A stretch of DNA of 64,000 bases from Bacteroidales bacterium (GTDB lineage Bacteria > Bacteroidota > Bacteroidia > Bacteroidales > VadinHA17). This document shows positions 1 through 8,559 of this stretch, piece after piece. Positions within the stretch are counted from its first letter, which is position 1. Each line of letters starts with the position of its first letter. Below the pieces are notes generated by a model, which was given only the letters and a program-made list of their open reading frames with translations, had not been told where the DNA came from and did no database searches. The DNA is taken from NCBI GenBank assembly GCA_038207725.1, contig JBBQZN010000005.1:23877-87876 (forward strand), in the 5' to 3' direction. Both the position numbers and the translations under genes were made by a program.

Positions 1-272
1 TCGCCGTTTCCTGCATAAGTTATAACATCAGGTTTTTCACCCCTGCTCTTCATCTCTTTCAGTTTGAGATCGAGAGCTTTGTAAACATCTTTACGTGAAG
101 GCATTTTCCCTTTAACAGCTTTCGTATCACCTGTGAGTCCGCATTCACAGTAAATACAATTGAAATTGCAGATTTTCCTTGTAACGGGCAACAGGTTTAT
201 ACCCAGCGAAACACCAAGCCTCCTGCTCTTTACGGGTCCGAATATTATCTGATCAAAAAGGAATGTGCCCAT
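1..272 (-). CDS. radical SAM protein, N-terminal part only (gene runs off the left edge)
   Basis: Hand translation of the minus strand from ATG 272-270 gives MGTFLFDQIIFGPVKSRRLGVSLGINLLPVTRKICNFNCIYCECGLTGD... It contains the CxxxCxxC radical-SAM cluster motif (CNFNCIYC). It is absent from the ORF track because it is truncated. Confidence 0.75.
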   Translation of the reverse strand, partial: MGTFLFDQIIFGPVKSRRLGVSLGINLLPVTRKICNFNCIYCECGLTGDTKAVKGKMPSRKDVYKALDLKLKEMKSRGEKPDVITYAGNG

Positions 273-285
273 TTTATTCTAATAA

Positions 286-1461
286 TTAAATAAGACGCCT
301 GACGCTGCTTTCCGGAAGCAGTTTCAGATTATGAAGATCAGCATTCTCAATAAGAAGCAATCCGGGCTTTTTCCCGGGCGAAATACTTCCAAACATCTTC
401 TCTTCTCCTAATGCCCTGGCTCCGTTAAGCGTTGCCCATTTTACCATCTCAGGTATTTTAAGGCCGGCGAAATGAAATTGAAGTGACTTTAGCTCATCAA
501 GAATATCAAGCTTTTTATTTGAAGCAAGACTATCGGTACCGATTACTATTTCACAAGCTTCCTCAAGAAGGAGATCAACAGGAGGGACTTCATTCTCAAT
601 ATATAAGTTTGAATTCGGACATAGACACCAGTAGAGTCTCTGTCTTTCCCTGATCTCTCTTATTGTCTGTCTGTCTGTAAAAGTATTATGTACAAGAATA
701 AGATTTCCTGAAGTTGTTATCTCATCTAAAATGGCATCAGAATGACTTTTGACTGTGTCTTTTGAAAATGATGATAATCCAAGTTTATTATACGTTTCGG
801 CCAGTTTTCCTGACTTCATTTCAATAAACTCCTTTTCTCCCGGGGTCTCCATGAAATGAATAGAGGTAGTTTCATTCCCTCTGCTTTCATCCTTTAGCAA
901 TCGCAGGAGCTTAACCGACATCGAGTAGGCTGCATGCGGTACCATGAACCATTTAAGTTCTGCTTCATCAGCTTTTTCTGCAAGCTGTGACAGCTCTTCC
1001 ATTTTCCGCTCAGCCTTATCCGGATCAATACCGAATACTTCAAGAAGATTAAGATACCTGACTCTGCTCTTTTTTTTCAGATTGAAAGTATTGTTGTTAT
1101 TACAGATGTCGGCACATAGTTCGACCCCGTTTCTGTACATCTCAGAATCTGCCTTAACTGCTGCAGTAACAATCTGTTCCGGCAGCTCCTCCCTGCTGTT
1201 TCTTACTTCTGAAATAAAACTGCCTAATCCTGTTCTTTCGCTAATTACACCCCGCATATGTGAAAGTTCGAGATGACAATGGCAGTTTACAAACCCCGGA
1301 ATGATTATTCCATCATAAAATTCAGTGGAGTGTCTCTCCTGCAGGGCTCCGCCTGTATCTTCGACAGAGATTATTAAACCATTATCGTCGGTGCTTATAA
1401 CACCCCGTTTCAGGATCTCTCCGCTGTTTGTTATAATATACTGTGCCGAAAATCGTTTCAT
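286..1461 (-). CDS. amidohydrolase family protein (metal-dependent hydrolase)
   Basis: ORF 286..1518 trimmed to the ATG at 1461 (MKRFSAQYIITNSG...). It has the HxH metal motif in PGFVNCHCHLELSH. The start overlaps the upstream stop by 4 nt (ATGA). Confidence 0.8.
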   Translation of the reverse strand: MKRFSAQYIITNSGEILKRGVISTDDNGLIISVEDTGGALQERHSTEFYDGIIIPGFVNCHCHLELSHMRGVISERTGLGSFISEVRNSREELPEQIVTAAVKADSEMYRNGVELCADICNNNNTFNLKKKSRVRYLNLLEVFGIDPDKAERKMEELSQLAEKADEAELKWFMVPHAAYSMSVKLLRLLKDESRGNETTSIHFMETPGEKEFIEMKSGKLAETYNKLGLSSFSKDTVKSHSDAILDEITTSGNLILVHNTFTDRQTIREIRERQRLYWCLCPNSNLYIENEVPPVDLLLEEACEIVIGTDSLASNKKLDILDELKSLQFHFAGLKIPEMVKWATLNGARALGEEKMFGSISPGKKPGLLLIENADLHNLKLLPESSVRRLI

Positions 1462-2258
1462 ATGGATTCTGAACTGAAAACAAAAGAGATGTTTTCGAAT
1501 TCTGCATTTTTCTCCCATTCTCCGGGAAGGTTTGCAAAGTCATACAGAAAACCTTTAAGAATCAATTTTGCTTTTTCAGGAACACTAATGTCGGTTGAAT
1601 AGTTATGAGGCCTGCCGTCCTTAATATATTCAATTGTTGCTATGTACTTCTTAACGCCCGATTCAAGACTGTCTGCATTACAAGTATAAAGAGTAAGTTT
1701 TGGTTCATACGACTGGTCGGTAGGAAGTATTGTAGCGGTAAAAGAAAAGGTATATCTGCCGGTTCTTGTTAATCTTATTGAGAATGAAGATGTATCAGAG
1801 TCTCTTTTTCCGGGGAAGTAATCGCTGGCTTTTCCTATCCATTGGTTATTAATTCTTTCAGATTCAAGCACTGCATCTCTCTGAGCCTGCGATTCCAGTT
1901 CACTAAGCGCTCCCAGCGCCTGATCATACATAGTTATCAGTTCCTTTGGTTTCTTTACAAAGTAGTATTTGATGGTACGATCCATCCTCTCTTTTGTATA
2001 TCCGTGTCTTTCAATTATCTGATTGTATGCAGTAACTGAATCAAGCTCTGAGTACGTGTCTCTTAATGAGGGAATTGAAAGAAGGCCGTCAGCCATGTAA
2101 ACATCAGTTATAATGGCGACTAAATCTTTTTCAGGTATGAGATCTGAACTCTCAGCTTTGTTCTTTCTGGTTGAGCATGAAAGAGCAATAAGTGAAATGC
2201 ACAATACGGTGATTATTAATCTCCTGCAGGTTGTTTTATTATTGAATTCTTTTCTCAT
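1458..2258 (-). CDS. lipoprotein of unknown function (N-terminal half DUF4296-like, from memory)
   Basis: 266-aa ORF with a lipoprotein-type signal peptide (VLCISLIALSC|STRKN). The N-terminal region IPEKDLVAIITDVYMADGLL...YYFVKKPKELITMYDQ resembles DUF4296. The C-terminal half is unassigned. Confidence 0.6.
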   Translation of the reverse strand: MRKEFNNKTTCRRLIITVLCISLIALSCSTRKNKAESSDLIPEKDLVAIITDVYMADGLLSIPSLRDTYSELDSVTAYNQIIERHGYTKERMDRTIKYYFVKKPKELITMYDQALGALSELESQAQRDAVLESERINNQWIGKASDYFPGKRDSDTSSFSIRLTRTGRYTFSFTATILPTDQSYEPKLTLYTCNADSLESGVKKYIATIEYIKDGRPHNYSTDISVPEKAKLILKGFLYDFANLPGEWEKNAEFENISFVFSSESI

Positions 2259-2309
2259 TCTTTATTTTGCAGCTCTTATCCGGCAATATGTAAATATAGT
2301 AATTGATAG

Positions 2310-3533
2310 TTATTCATCCCTGCTTAAAAATTTCTTTGACAGAAACCTTACCGGGTACCAGGCTGCCCAGTATCCTATAAGTAGTACTGTTGCAGGAACT
2401 ACAATAAAATCCTTCAGCTTCATAACAACGGGATATGCATCCATTATCAGTGAATTACTTTGCAGTTTAACCAGACCAAATCGTTGTTGAACCCAGCATA
2501 TGAGGAATCCTAAAAGAACTCCGCTGGCAGCGCCAATTATTGATATCAGCCAACCTTCAAAAATAAATATATTTCGTATCAGTTTCTTGTCGGCTCCAAG
2601 GCTCTTCAGGATCTCAATATCGCGTTCTTTCTCAATTATCAGCATTGTCAGCGAACCAATAATGTTGAATGATGCAATAATAAGGATAAGGGTGAGTATT
2701 AAAAATATTGCAAGCCTTTCCGACTTCATCACCTTGTAAAAAAGCTCCTGTTGTTCATACCGGTTTTGTACCCTGAACCCCGGGCCAAAGATTTTTGATA
2801 CAGCTTTCTGGACCATTACCGTGTCAGCTTTATCGGCAAATCTTATCTCAACTGAGGTACTCCCTTCAGGAGTTTCTGTTACTTCCCTGGCAAAATCAAT
2901 AGGTACATAAACATATTTTGAGTCGTACTCTTTTTCAACTGCGTAAATTCCCGAGTTAAGAATATATCTTTCATTAAGTGAATTTTCAGCGCTAAGGCTC
3001 AGTCCTCCGCTTTTCCTCGGAAATACAATGCAAAGTGGCTCTACGAAATTAATTCTGATACCCAGATATGAGGCTACTCCCAGTCCCGGTATTGCATATT
3101 GCCTTCCATTCTCCGCATGAAGAATAAAATCACCTTCCCACATTGAGCTGTCAATTCCCGATACCTCAGTGTAATTATTATCAACACCTTTGATTATCCC
3201 GATAAATTCTCTGTCGCCATATTTGAGGAGCGCGTTTTCTTCGAGTGTAAGGGTATAGCATGAAACGCCATCAACTTTAGAAAGAAGTTTCAGCTGAGAA
3301 GTGTCGGCAATAAATGATTTTCCTTCAACGGCAGTAACTTTCAGGTCAGGATCAAAAGTGTTGAAAATGGCACTCACCATCGTCTCAAGTCCGTTAAAAA
3401 CCGATAGTATAATTATAAGAGCCATTGTTCCTACAGCTACACCTGCCACTGATACACCTGAAATAATATTTATGGCATTTCGCGATTTTTTCGCAAAGAG
3501 ATATCGTTTTGCTATGTATACCGAAAGCTTCAC
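2310..3533 (-). CDS. FtsX/LolC/LolE-like ABC transporter permease
   Basis: 407 aa with a GTG start. It has an N-terminal TM (NIISGVSVAGVAVGTMALIIILSVFNG), a large periplasmic domain and a C-terminal three-TM FtsX-type domain. No partner ATPase is adjacent. Confidence 0.8.
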   Translation of the reverse strand: MKLSVYIAKRYLFAKKSRNAINIISGVSVAGVAVGTMALIIILSVFNGLETMVSAIFNTFDPDLKVTAVEGKSFIADTSQLKLLSKVDGVSCYTLTLEENALLKYGDREFIGIIKGVDNNYTEVSGIDSSMWEGDFILHAENGRQYAIPGLGVASYLGIRINFVEPLCIVFPRKSGGLSLSAENSLNERYILNSGIYAVEKEYDSKYVYVPIDFAREVTETPEGSTSVEIRFADKADTVMVQKAVSKIFGPGFRVQNRYEQQELFYKVMKSERLAIFLILTLILIIASFNIIGSLTMLIIEKERDIEILKSLGADKKLIRNIFIFEGWLISIIGAASGVLLGFLICWVQQRFGLVKLQSNSLIMDAYPVVMKLKDFIVVPATVLLIGYWAAWYPVRFLSKKFLSRDE

Positions 3534-3538
3534 TTCTC

Positions 3539-4348
3539 TTATTTTCTGGCGGTAACCAGCAGGCCGGTTCCGGTTTTATGGGTTAAACGGAGATCAAACA
3601 TGTTAAGTATTAATGCAAAGGGGAAAACGATCAGATAGTAGAATGGAAGAATTATAAAAAACAGATATGATTTATTCAGCATCTTAATCGGATACTTCAT
3701 AGATAGCCTCCATGAAATATTTCCGGGACGACCATAAGTATATAGTGCAACTACTTCTCTGAAACCGGCACTCTTTAGCTTTTCGGTAATATCTTCAATA
3801 CTGTAGCCATCTCTCACATGCTCATCGATAAAAGAATCTTCAGAGTCGTCATGAACATCTGATCCTCCTTTGTCTGAGGGGGTTGAAATCAGCAGTATTC
3901 CGTTGTCCTTAAGCGATTTGTGAAAGTTCTGAAACACCTTGCGGTCCTCTTCAATATGCTCCATCACATCTACTGAAAGGATAAGATTGTAACTATCGGC
4001 TTCATTAAGAGTCGTTAGATCTGCGGTCGTGAATCTAACCCTTTCCGATAAGCCGCATCTTGTGAAAAAACTGTTGCAGTCAGCAACCTGTTCTCTGTTT
4101 ATGTCAACCGCTTTTATCTTCCATCCGGGCTTCATCCGGCTCATTCTCCAGGTATACTGTCCAAAGCCTGAGCCGGCATCAAGTACTTTGGCTTTTTCGG
4201 GCAGATTGCCTGCTAAATTTCGAAGAGCTCTCTTTACGTGCCATGTCCGCAGCAGGAGAAGATCAAGCAGAAAGTAAAGGGTTTTTCTTAATATCAGCGC
4301 TCGGGCAAATACTCTTCCTAGTGATTGCTTAATTGGCTCGTATTGCAT
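3539..4348 (-). CDS. class I SAM-dependent methyltransferase with hydrophobic C-terminal segment
   Basis: 269 aa. SAM-binding motif I is VLDAGSGFGQY. The C-terminus YLFFIILPFYYLIVFPFALILNMF looks membrane-embedded. Confidence 0.75.
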   Translation of the reverse strand: MQYEPIKQSLGRVFARALILRKTLYFLLDLLLLRTWHVKRALRNLAGNLPEKAKVLDAGSGFGQYTWRMSRMKPGWKIKAVDINREQVADCNSFFTRCGLSERVRFTTADLTTLNEADSYNLILSVDVMEHIEEDRKVFQNFHKSLKDNGILLISTPSDKGGSDVHDDSEDSFIDEHVRDGYSIEDITEKLKSAGFREVVALYTYGRPGNISWRLSMKYPIKMLNKSYLFFIILPFYYLIVFPFALILNMFDLRLTHKTGTGLLVTARK

Positions 4349-4352
4349 ATTG

Positions 4353-4691
4353 TCAGGATTTCAGCAGCTTGTCTATTTTGTCGATATAGTCAAGACTATC
4401 ATCTATATGGAAAGCTATGTCAGGAACTATCCTTAACTGGGTTCTTACTTTGTGTCCGAGGTCAAACCTGATCTTTGAGCTGTGATCCTGTATCGATTTA
4501 AGTACATCTTCCTGGTTTGTTGCGGGAAAGATGCTAAGATATACTTTCGCAAAAGACAGATCGGGACTAACCCTTACTCTTGTTATAGATACCAGTTTGC
4601 CGTGTGAGAACTCATTACCCCTTCTGATGAAGATATCGGCCAGCTCTTTTAGAATTAGTCGCGATACTTTTTTCTGTCTTGTTGATTCCAT
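4353..4691 (-). CDS. rbfA: ribosome-binding factor A
   Basis: ORF 4353..4715 begins at a TTG. The in-frame ATG at 4691 gives MESTRQKKVSRLILKELADIF..., the usual RbfA N-terminus. A TACCTTTG box lies 22-29 nt upstream. Confidence 0.85.
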   Translation of the reverse strand: MESTRQKKVSRLILKELADIFIRRGNEFSHGKLVSITRVRVSPDLSFAKVYLSIFPATNQEDVLKSIQDHSSKIRFDLGHKVRTQLRIVPDIAFHIDDSLDYIDKIDKLLKS

Positions 4692-4712
4692 GGCCTCAGT
4701 TATTTGATCGTG

Positions 4713-4720
4713 CAAAGGTA
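4713..4720 (-). promoter_or_regulatory. Bacteroidota sigma-A -7 box (TAnnTTTG) for rbfA
   Basis: The minus strand reads TACCTTTG, 22-29 nt upstream of ATG 4691. Confidence 0.45.
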
Positions 4721-4729
4721 GTAAAAAAA

Positions 4730-4808
4730 GGCTCTAAAAGCTGTAGAGGCTCTAAAAGCTGTATTAGCATCTACCGCCTCTAGAGCTTTTATTGCCTCTA
4801 TAGCCTTA
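4730..4808. repeat. four copies of a 16-18 bp direct repeat (G[G/C]CTCTA...) in the rbfA/trpS divergent intergenic region
   Basis: The copies are GGCTCTAAAAGCTGTA at 4730 and 4748, GCCTCTAGAGCTTTTA at 4776 and GCCTCTATAGCCTTA at 4794. Spacing is 18, 28 and 18 bp. AAAAGCTGTAGAGGC (4736-4750) is also near-complementary to GCCTCTAGAGCTTTT (4776-4790). Confidence 0.8.
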
Positions 4809-4829
4809 ATTCAGTAACACCTTTTTTAT

Positions 4830-4837
4830 TACATTTG
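4830..4837 (+). promoter_or_regulatory. -7 box (TAnnTTTG) for trpS
   Basis: TACATTTG, 24 nt upstream of ATG 4861. Confidence 0.5.
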
Positions 4838-4860
4838 CGCAGAACTTTACTAATTATATA

Positions 4861-5850
4861 ATGGACACAGTTGTAAGCGGCATCAGATCGACAGGTAATC
4901 TTCACCTTGGAAATTATTTCGGGGCAATACAGAATTTTTTAAGAATGCAGCATGAGAATAACTGCTATTTCTTTATTGCAGATTACCATGCACTTACAAC
5001 TCATCCTAAGCCTGAAGACCTGCATGGTAATATCAAACAGGTACTTGCCGAATATCTGGCATGCGGCATTGATCCTGAGCTTGCAACTGTCTTTATTCAG
5101 AGCGATGTTCCGGAGGTATCGGAACTTTATCTCCTTATGAATATGAACGCCTATGTCGGAGAACTCGAGAGGACTGCTTCATTCAAGGAGAAGATCAGAA
5201 AACAACCCGATAATATCAATGCCGGACTTCTGACCTATCCTGTTCTTATGGCTGCCGATATTATAATTCACAAAGCTCACCACGTCCCCGTTGGCAAGGA
5301 TCAGGAGCAGCATCTTGAGATGACACGCCGTTTTGCCCGCAGGTTCAATATGATGTATAATGTAAACTACTTTCCTGAACCTGATGCTTACAACTTCGGG
5401 AAACAGCTTATCAAGATTCCTGGTCTCGATGGAACAGGGAAAATGGGAAAAAGTGAAGGGAATGGCGTTTTCTTGGCTGATATTCCTGCCGAAATCAGAA
5501 AAAAAGTGATGAGAGCTGTCACTGATGCCGGACCTACTGCTCCGAATCAGGAACCTGCTGAAGCAGTAAAAAACCTTTTCACAATCATGAGCGTCGTTTC
5601 GGAGCCCTCTACTGTTAATTATTTCACAGATAAATATGCTTCATGTGAGATCAGGTATGGCGATATGAAAAAACAGCTTGCCGATGACATAGTAAAGTTT
5701 ACCGACCCTATCCGAAACAGGATAAATGAATTGCTTGCTGATAACAAATACCTTACTAAGGTTGTTGCCAATGGTGCCGAAAAAGCAAGGGAGAGCGCTT
5801 CAAAAACTGTCAGGGAGGTGAGGGAAATAATTGGCTACCGGCCATTCTAA
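4861..5850 (+). CDS. trpS: tryptophan--tRNA ligase
   Basis: 329 aa. It has a class I HIGH-type motif (TGNLHLGNYFG) and a KMSKS-type motif (KMGKS). Confidence 0.95.
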   Translation: MDTVVSGIRSTGNLHLGNYFGAIQNFLRMQHENNCYFFIADYHALTTHPKPEDLHGNIKQVLAEYLACGIDPELATVFIQSDVPEVSELYLLMNMNAYVGELERTASFKEKIRKQPDNINAGLLTYPVLMAADIIIHKAHHVPVGKDQEQHLEMTRRFARRFNMMYNVNYFPEPDAYNFGKQLIKIPGLDGTGKMGKSEGNGVFLADIPAEIRKKVMRAVTDAGPTAPNQEPAEAVKNLFTIMSVVSEPSTVNYFTDKYASCEIRYGDMKKQLADDIVKFTDPIRNRINELLADNKYLTKVVANGAEKARESASKTVREVREIIGYRPF

Positions 5851-5857
5851 AAATAAA

Positions 5858-5878
5858 AGCCAGACTTTTGGTCTGGCT
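5858..5878. terminator. bidirectional stem-loop terminator between trpS and the TonB-dependent receptor gene
   Basis: AGCCAGAC-TTTTG-GTCTGGCT forms a perfect 8-bp stem. On the minus strand it is followed by TTTTATTTT. On the plus strand there is no U-tract. Confidence 0.65.
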
Positions 5879-5958
5879 GCCCTGAGGGATCAGGGATATT
5901 TTCGAGATTGCCTGTACAACATATAAAACAAATTCTGTGCCAAAAGGCTTTCCCGGTT

Positions 5959-8367
5959 TTAAACATTAACCCTTAATGAGAAAATAAAATTTCTTCCCGG
6001 CGCTACTATCCCCGATGAATAAGGTCTGTATCGGTTATCAAGAATATTCTCAATTCCACCATTTACAGAAAGCCACCTTAGCAGATTATAGGAGACTTTC
6101 AGATTAAGCGTAGCCCATCCGGGCGACCATGGCTTTCCGTTCTCATCTTTTGCATACATATATGGTTTTTCTGCCTCCGACGGTGCCATCTTCTCAAATT
6201 TCTTAGCCCCGTTATAAGAGGCATAAAGATCAGCCTGCAATTTTGTCTTCTCAAAAATCAGGTGAGTTGAGCCGAATACCGGAGCAGCATGCCTCCAGGG
6301 AACTCCCGATTTTTCCTTACCCTCGGTGATATTCAGAGTTGTCTTAAGCGAGATGTTCCTTGTTATGTTTGCCTGCAGATTCATGTCAATACCATAAACA
6401 ACAGCCGACCCGGTATTTGTCATCGCTTCAACTTTGCTGTAAACCCCTCCGTAAATTATTGAATCCTCTCCGTTGAAAAGGAAATCATGTCGTGCCATGG
6501 CATTATTCAGCCAAGTGTGAAAAAAGGTAAAATCGGCATGCAGAAATCTGCCGAAATCTCTCGAAATCCCAAAGTCAATATTCCAGGCGTATTCGGGTTC
6601 AAGCCCAGGGTTCGGAACTACAACAATTCCGGGTGCCGAATCAAAAACTTTACCTGCATCGTCCAGATTAGGGGCTCTGAATCCTGTAGAGCCATTAAGG
6701 TTTATTTGCGTCTTTTCATTGGCCCTGTAAACAATACCTGCTGAGCCCGTAACAGCTCCATTTGAAATAGAGATCGATGTAAAAGGGAAATTGTAATATG
6801 AATTGTCAGCAATTGTAGAATAAAGATCAACGTAGTTATACCTTAGCCCGGTATTTAGTGAAAACTTTTCTGAAAAGTTATTCCTGTACCCGGCATAGAA
6901 AGCTGCGCTCTTGTATTTGTTGTCGCCATTGGGGTATCTCGAACCAGCCGGAGTTGTAACATTTGTTACAATATTTCTTGTCTGTGCCACCGATCCTATA
7001 TCGTTACTTACAAGTTCAAGACCGTAATAAACAAGTTCCTTTTCATTGTTAAACTTTTTATCGGCATCTATATTCAGCGATAAGATTGAGACTCTTTCGG
7101 ACTGTTCATTTATTGTACTCTTCCCAAAATTTCTGTCGTGCCTGCTCTCTTTGTAGTTCTGCTGCGATGCTATTACCCTTATTTGATCTGACAACCTTTT
7201 GTTGTTTCTCAATGTCACCTGAAGGTTATTCATAAGCCAAACCTGAGGACCGTAATACCATTCGCCATACCTGAGAGCGCCCGACTTGTACTGTATCAGA
7301 CGGTCATATCTTGGAACGTCTGTTAAACCTGAATAATGATTTGTGTAAACTATGTCGATCTTATCGTTAACCCTGTATCTCAGCTTGTTCATTGCATTTA
7401 ACTGGCTGTATGAAGTAATCATCTGAACAAGAGGATTGGGATTGCTTACAACTGAATCAACATTCCCGAATCGTTCTACATATTCGGGTCTTATGTAATC
7501 GGGATTCTTTTTCGAGCCCATCCTGAGGTTACCGAATTCCGACCAGGTAAGGCTCGAAAGAAATGCCAGCTTTTTACCACCTGCATTGAAATCAAAATGA
7601 GCGGTTTTCTCCTTGTCAGCGGTGGAGAACCGCGAATATGCATTTGCCTTGATATAAGCTTTTTCCCCGGTGGAGATGAGTGCGTTTTTTGTATGAAAAT
7701 CCATCACCCCGCCAATTGCATCACTGCCATAAACCGATGCTCCCGGACCGAATATAATTTCTGTTGACTCAATAGAGGAAGGGTCAAGCGAAATAATGTT
7801 CTGAATATTTCCTTCGCGGTAAATGGCATTATTCATTCTTACTCCATCAACAACTATAAGAACCCTGTTTGTGGCAAATCCACGTATCATTGGACTTCCT
7901 CCGCCCAACTGACTCTTCTGAATAAAAACATTATCTGATAATCCTATAAGGTCAGCTGCTGTCTGGGGATTCTGCAGTTCAACGGCAGGTTTAAGGATAG
8001 AAGATATTTTATTAGGAATCTCATTCTTGTTTTGCTCCCAGCGGTTCGCAGAGACCACAAATTCCTGTATAGCAAAGATTTTACGGCTTAGTTTCACAAC
8101 ATATCCCATCTTCTTAAGCTCGTTCGCACTCAGACATATTCTTTCATAAGTGAAATGATGAAAACAGATCATCTCAGTTTCTCCGAATGAACCGATATCA
8201 GCTTTTCCTGAGCGGTTTGTATAAGTAAATTTTCCACCTGCTTCATTCAATACAGCCACATCAGGAATTGGTTTCAAGTCTTCATTGTCGAGCAAAGTAA
8301 CTGACTGTGAGAAGATATTGCCCACTGAAATGATGGAAAGTATAAAAACAAGAGCGTATAATCTCAT
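5959..8367 (-). CDS. TonB-dependent receptor (no SusD-like partner adjacent)
   Basis: ORF trimmed to the ATG at 8367 (MRLYALVFILSIISVGNIFSQ signal peptide). It has an N-terminal carboxypeptidase-regulatory-like segment, a plug region (GGSPMIRGFATNRVLIVVDGVRMNN) and a long beta-barrel ending in ...IFSLRVNV. Confidence 0.85.
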   Translation of the reverse strand: MRLYALVFILSIISVGNIFSQSVTLLDNEDLKPIPDVAVLNEAGGKFTYTNRSGKADIGSFGETEMICFHHFTYERICLSANELKKMGYVVKLSRKIFAIQEFVVSANRWEQNKNEIPNKISSILKPAVELQNPQTAADLIGLSDNVFIQKSQLGGGSPMIRGFATNRVLIVVDGVRMNNAIYREGNIQNIISLDPSSIESTEIIFGPGASVYGSDAIGGVMDFHTKNALISTGEKAYIKANAYSRFSTADKEKTAHFDFNAGGKKLAFLSSLTWSEFGNLRMGSKKNPDYIRPEYVERFGNVDSVVSNPNPLVQMITSYSQLNAMNKLRYRVNDKIDIVYTNHYSGLTDVPRYDRLIQYKSGALRYGEWYYGPQVWLMNNLQVTLRNNKRLSDQIRVIASQQNYKESRHDRNFGKSTINEQSERVSILSLNIDADKKFNNEKELVYYGLELVSNDIGSVAQTRNIVTNVTTPAGSRYPNGDNKYKSAAFYAGYRNNFSEKFSLNTGLRYNYVDLYSTIADNSYYNFPFTSISISNGAVTGSAGIVYRANEKTQINLNGSTGFRAPNLDDAGKVFDSAPGIVVVPNPGLEPEYAWNIDFGISRDFGRFLHADFTFFHTWLNNAMARHDFLFNGEDSIIYGGVYSKVEAMTNTGSAVVYGIDMNLQANITRNISLKTTLNITEGKEKSGVPWRHAAPVFGSTHLIFEKTKLQADLYASYNGAKKFEKMAPSEAEKPYMYAKDENGKPWSPGWATLNLKVSYNLLRWLSVNGGIENILDNRYRPYSSGIVAPGRNFIFSLRVNV

Positions 8368-8457
8368 TATCTGATTTTCATAATTGAACTGCAAGTATAG
8401 CAAAAAAACGTTCCAATATAGCTGGTTAATAGTCTGTTATAAAACAGATAATTTGGT

Positions 8458-8484
8458 TTCGGAAAGTACTCCGAACTCCGAACT
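8458..8484. repeat. TCCGAAC-heptamer repeat element (same family as 57412-57511)
   Basis: TTCGGA-AAGTAC-TCCGAA forms a mini-hairpin, followed by TCCGAACTCCGAACT. This 15-mer (8470-8484) is identical to 57497-57511. Confidence 0.75.
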
Positions 8485-8515
8485 GATTCCTTCATTTGAA
8501 TTTCAGCGGTAAATT

Positions 8516-8523
8516 TATATTTG
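8516..8523 (+). promoter_or_regulatory. -7 box (TAnnTTTG) for the 8560-15077 operon
   Basis: TATATTTG, 37 nt upstream of GTG 8560. It overlaps the TTG that opens the tracked ORF. Confidence 0.45.
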
Positions 8524-8559
8524 TTATTTTTGAGTTATATTAATTTCAATGACCTGACC

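Noticed and set aside
4730-4808. A CRISPR-like array of direct repeats.
   Set aside because: The units are only 16-18 bp, contiguous (no spacers of ~30 bp), just four copies and degenerate. No cas genes are present.
4692-4860. A possible T-box or attenuator leader upstream of trpS, suggested by the alternative hairpins.
   Set aside because: The repeats lie upstream of the predicted trpS -7 box, so they would not be in the mRNA leader. I see no T-box consensus or specifier/terminator architecture, and T-boxes are not typical of this phylum.
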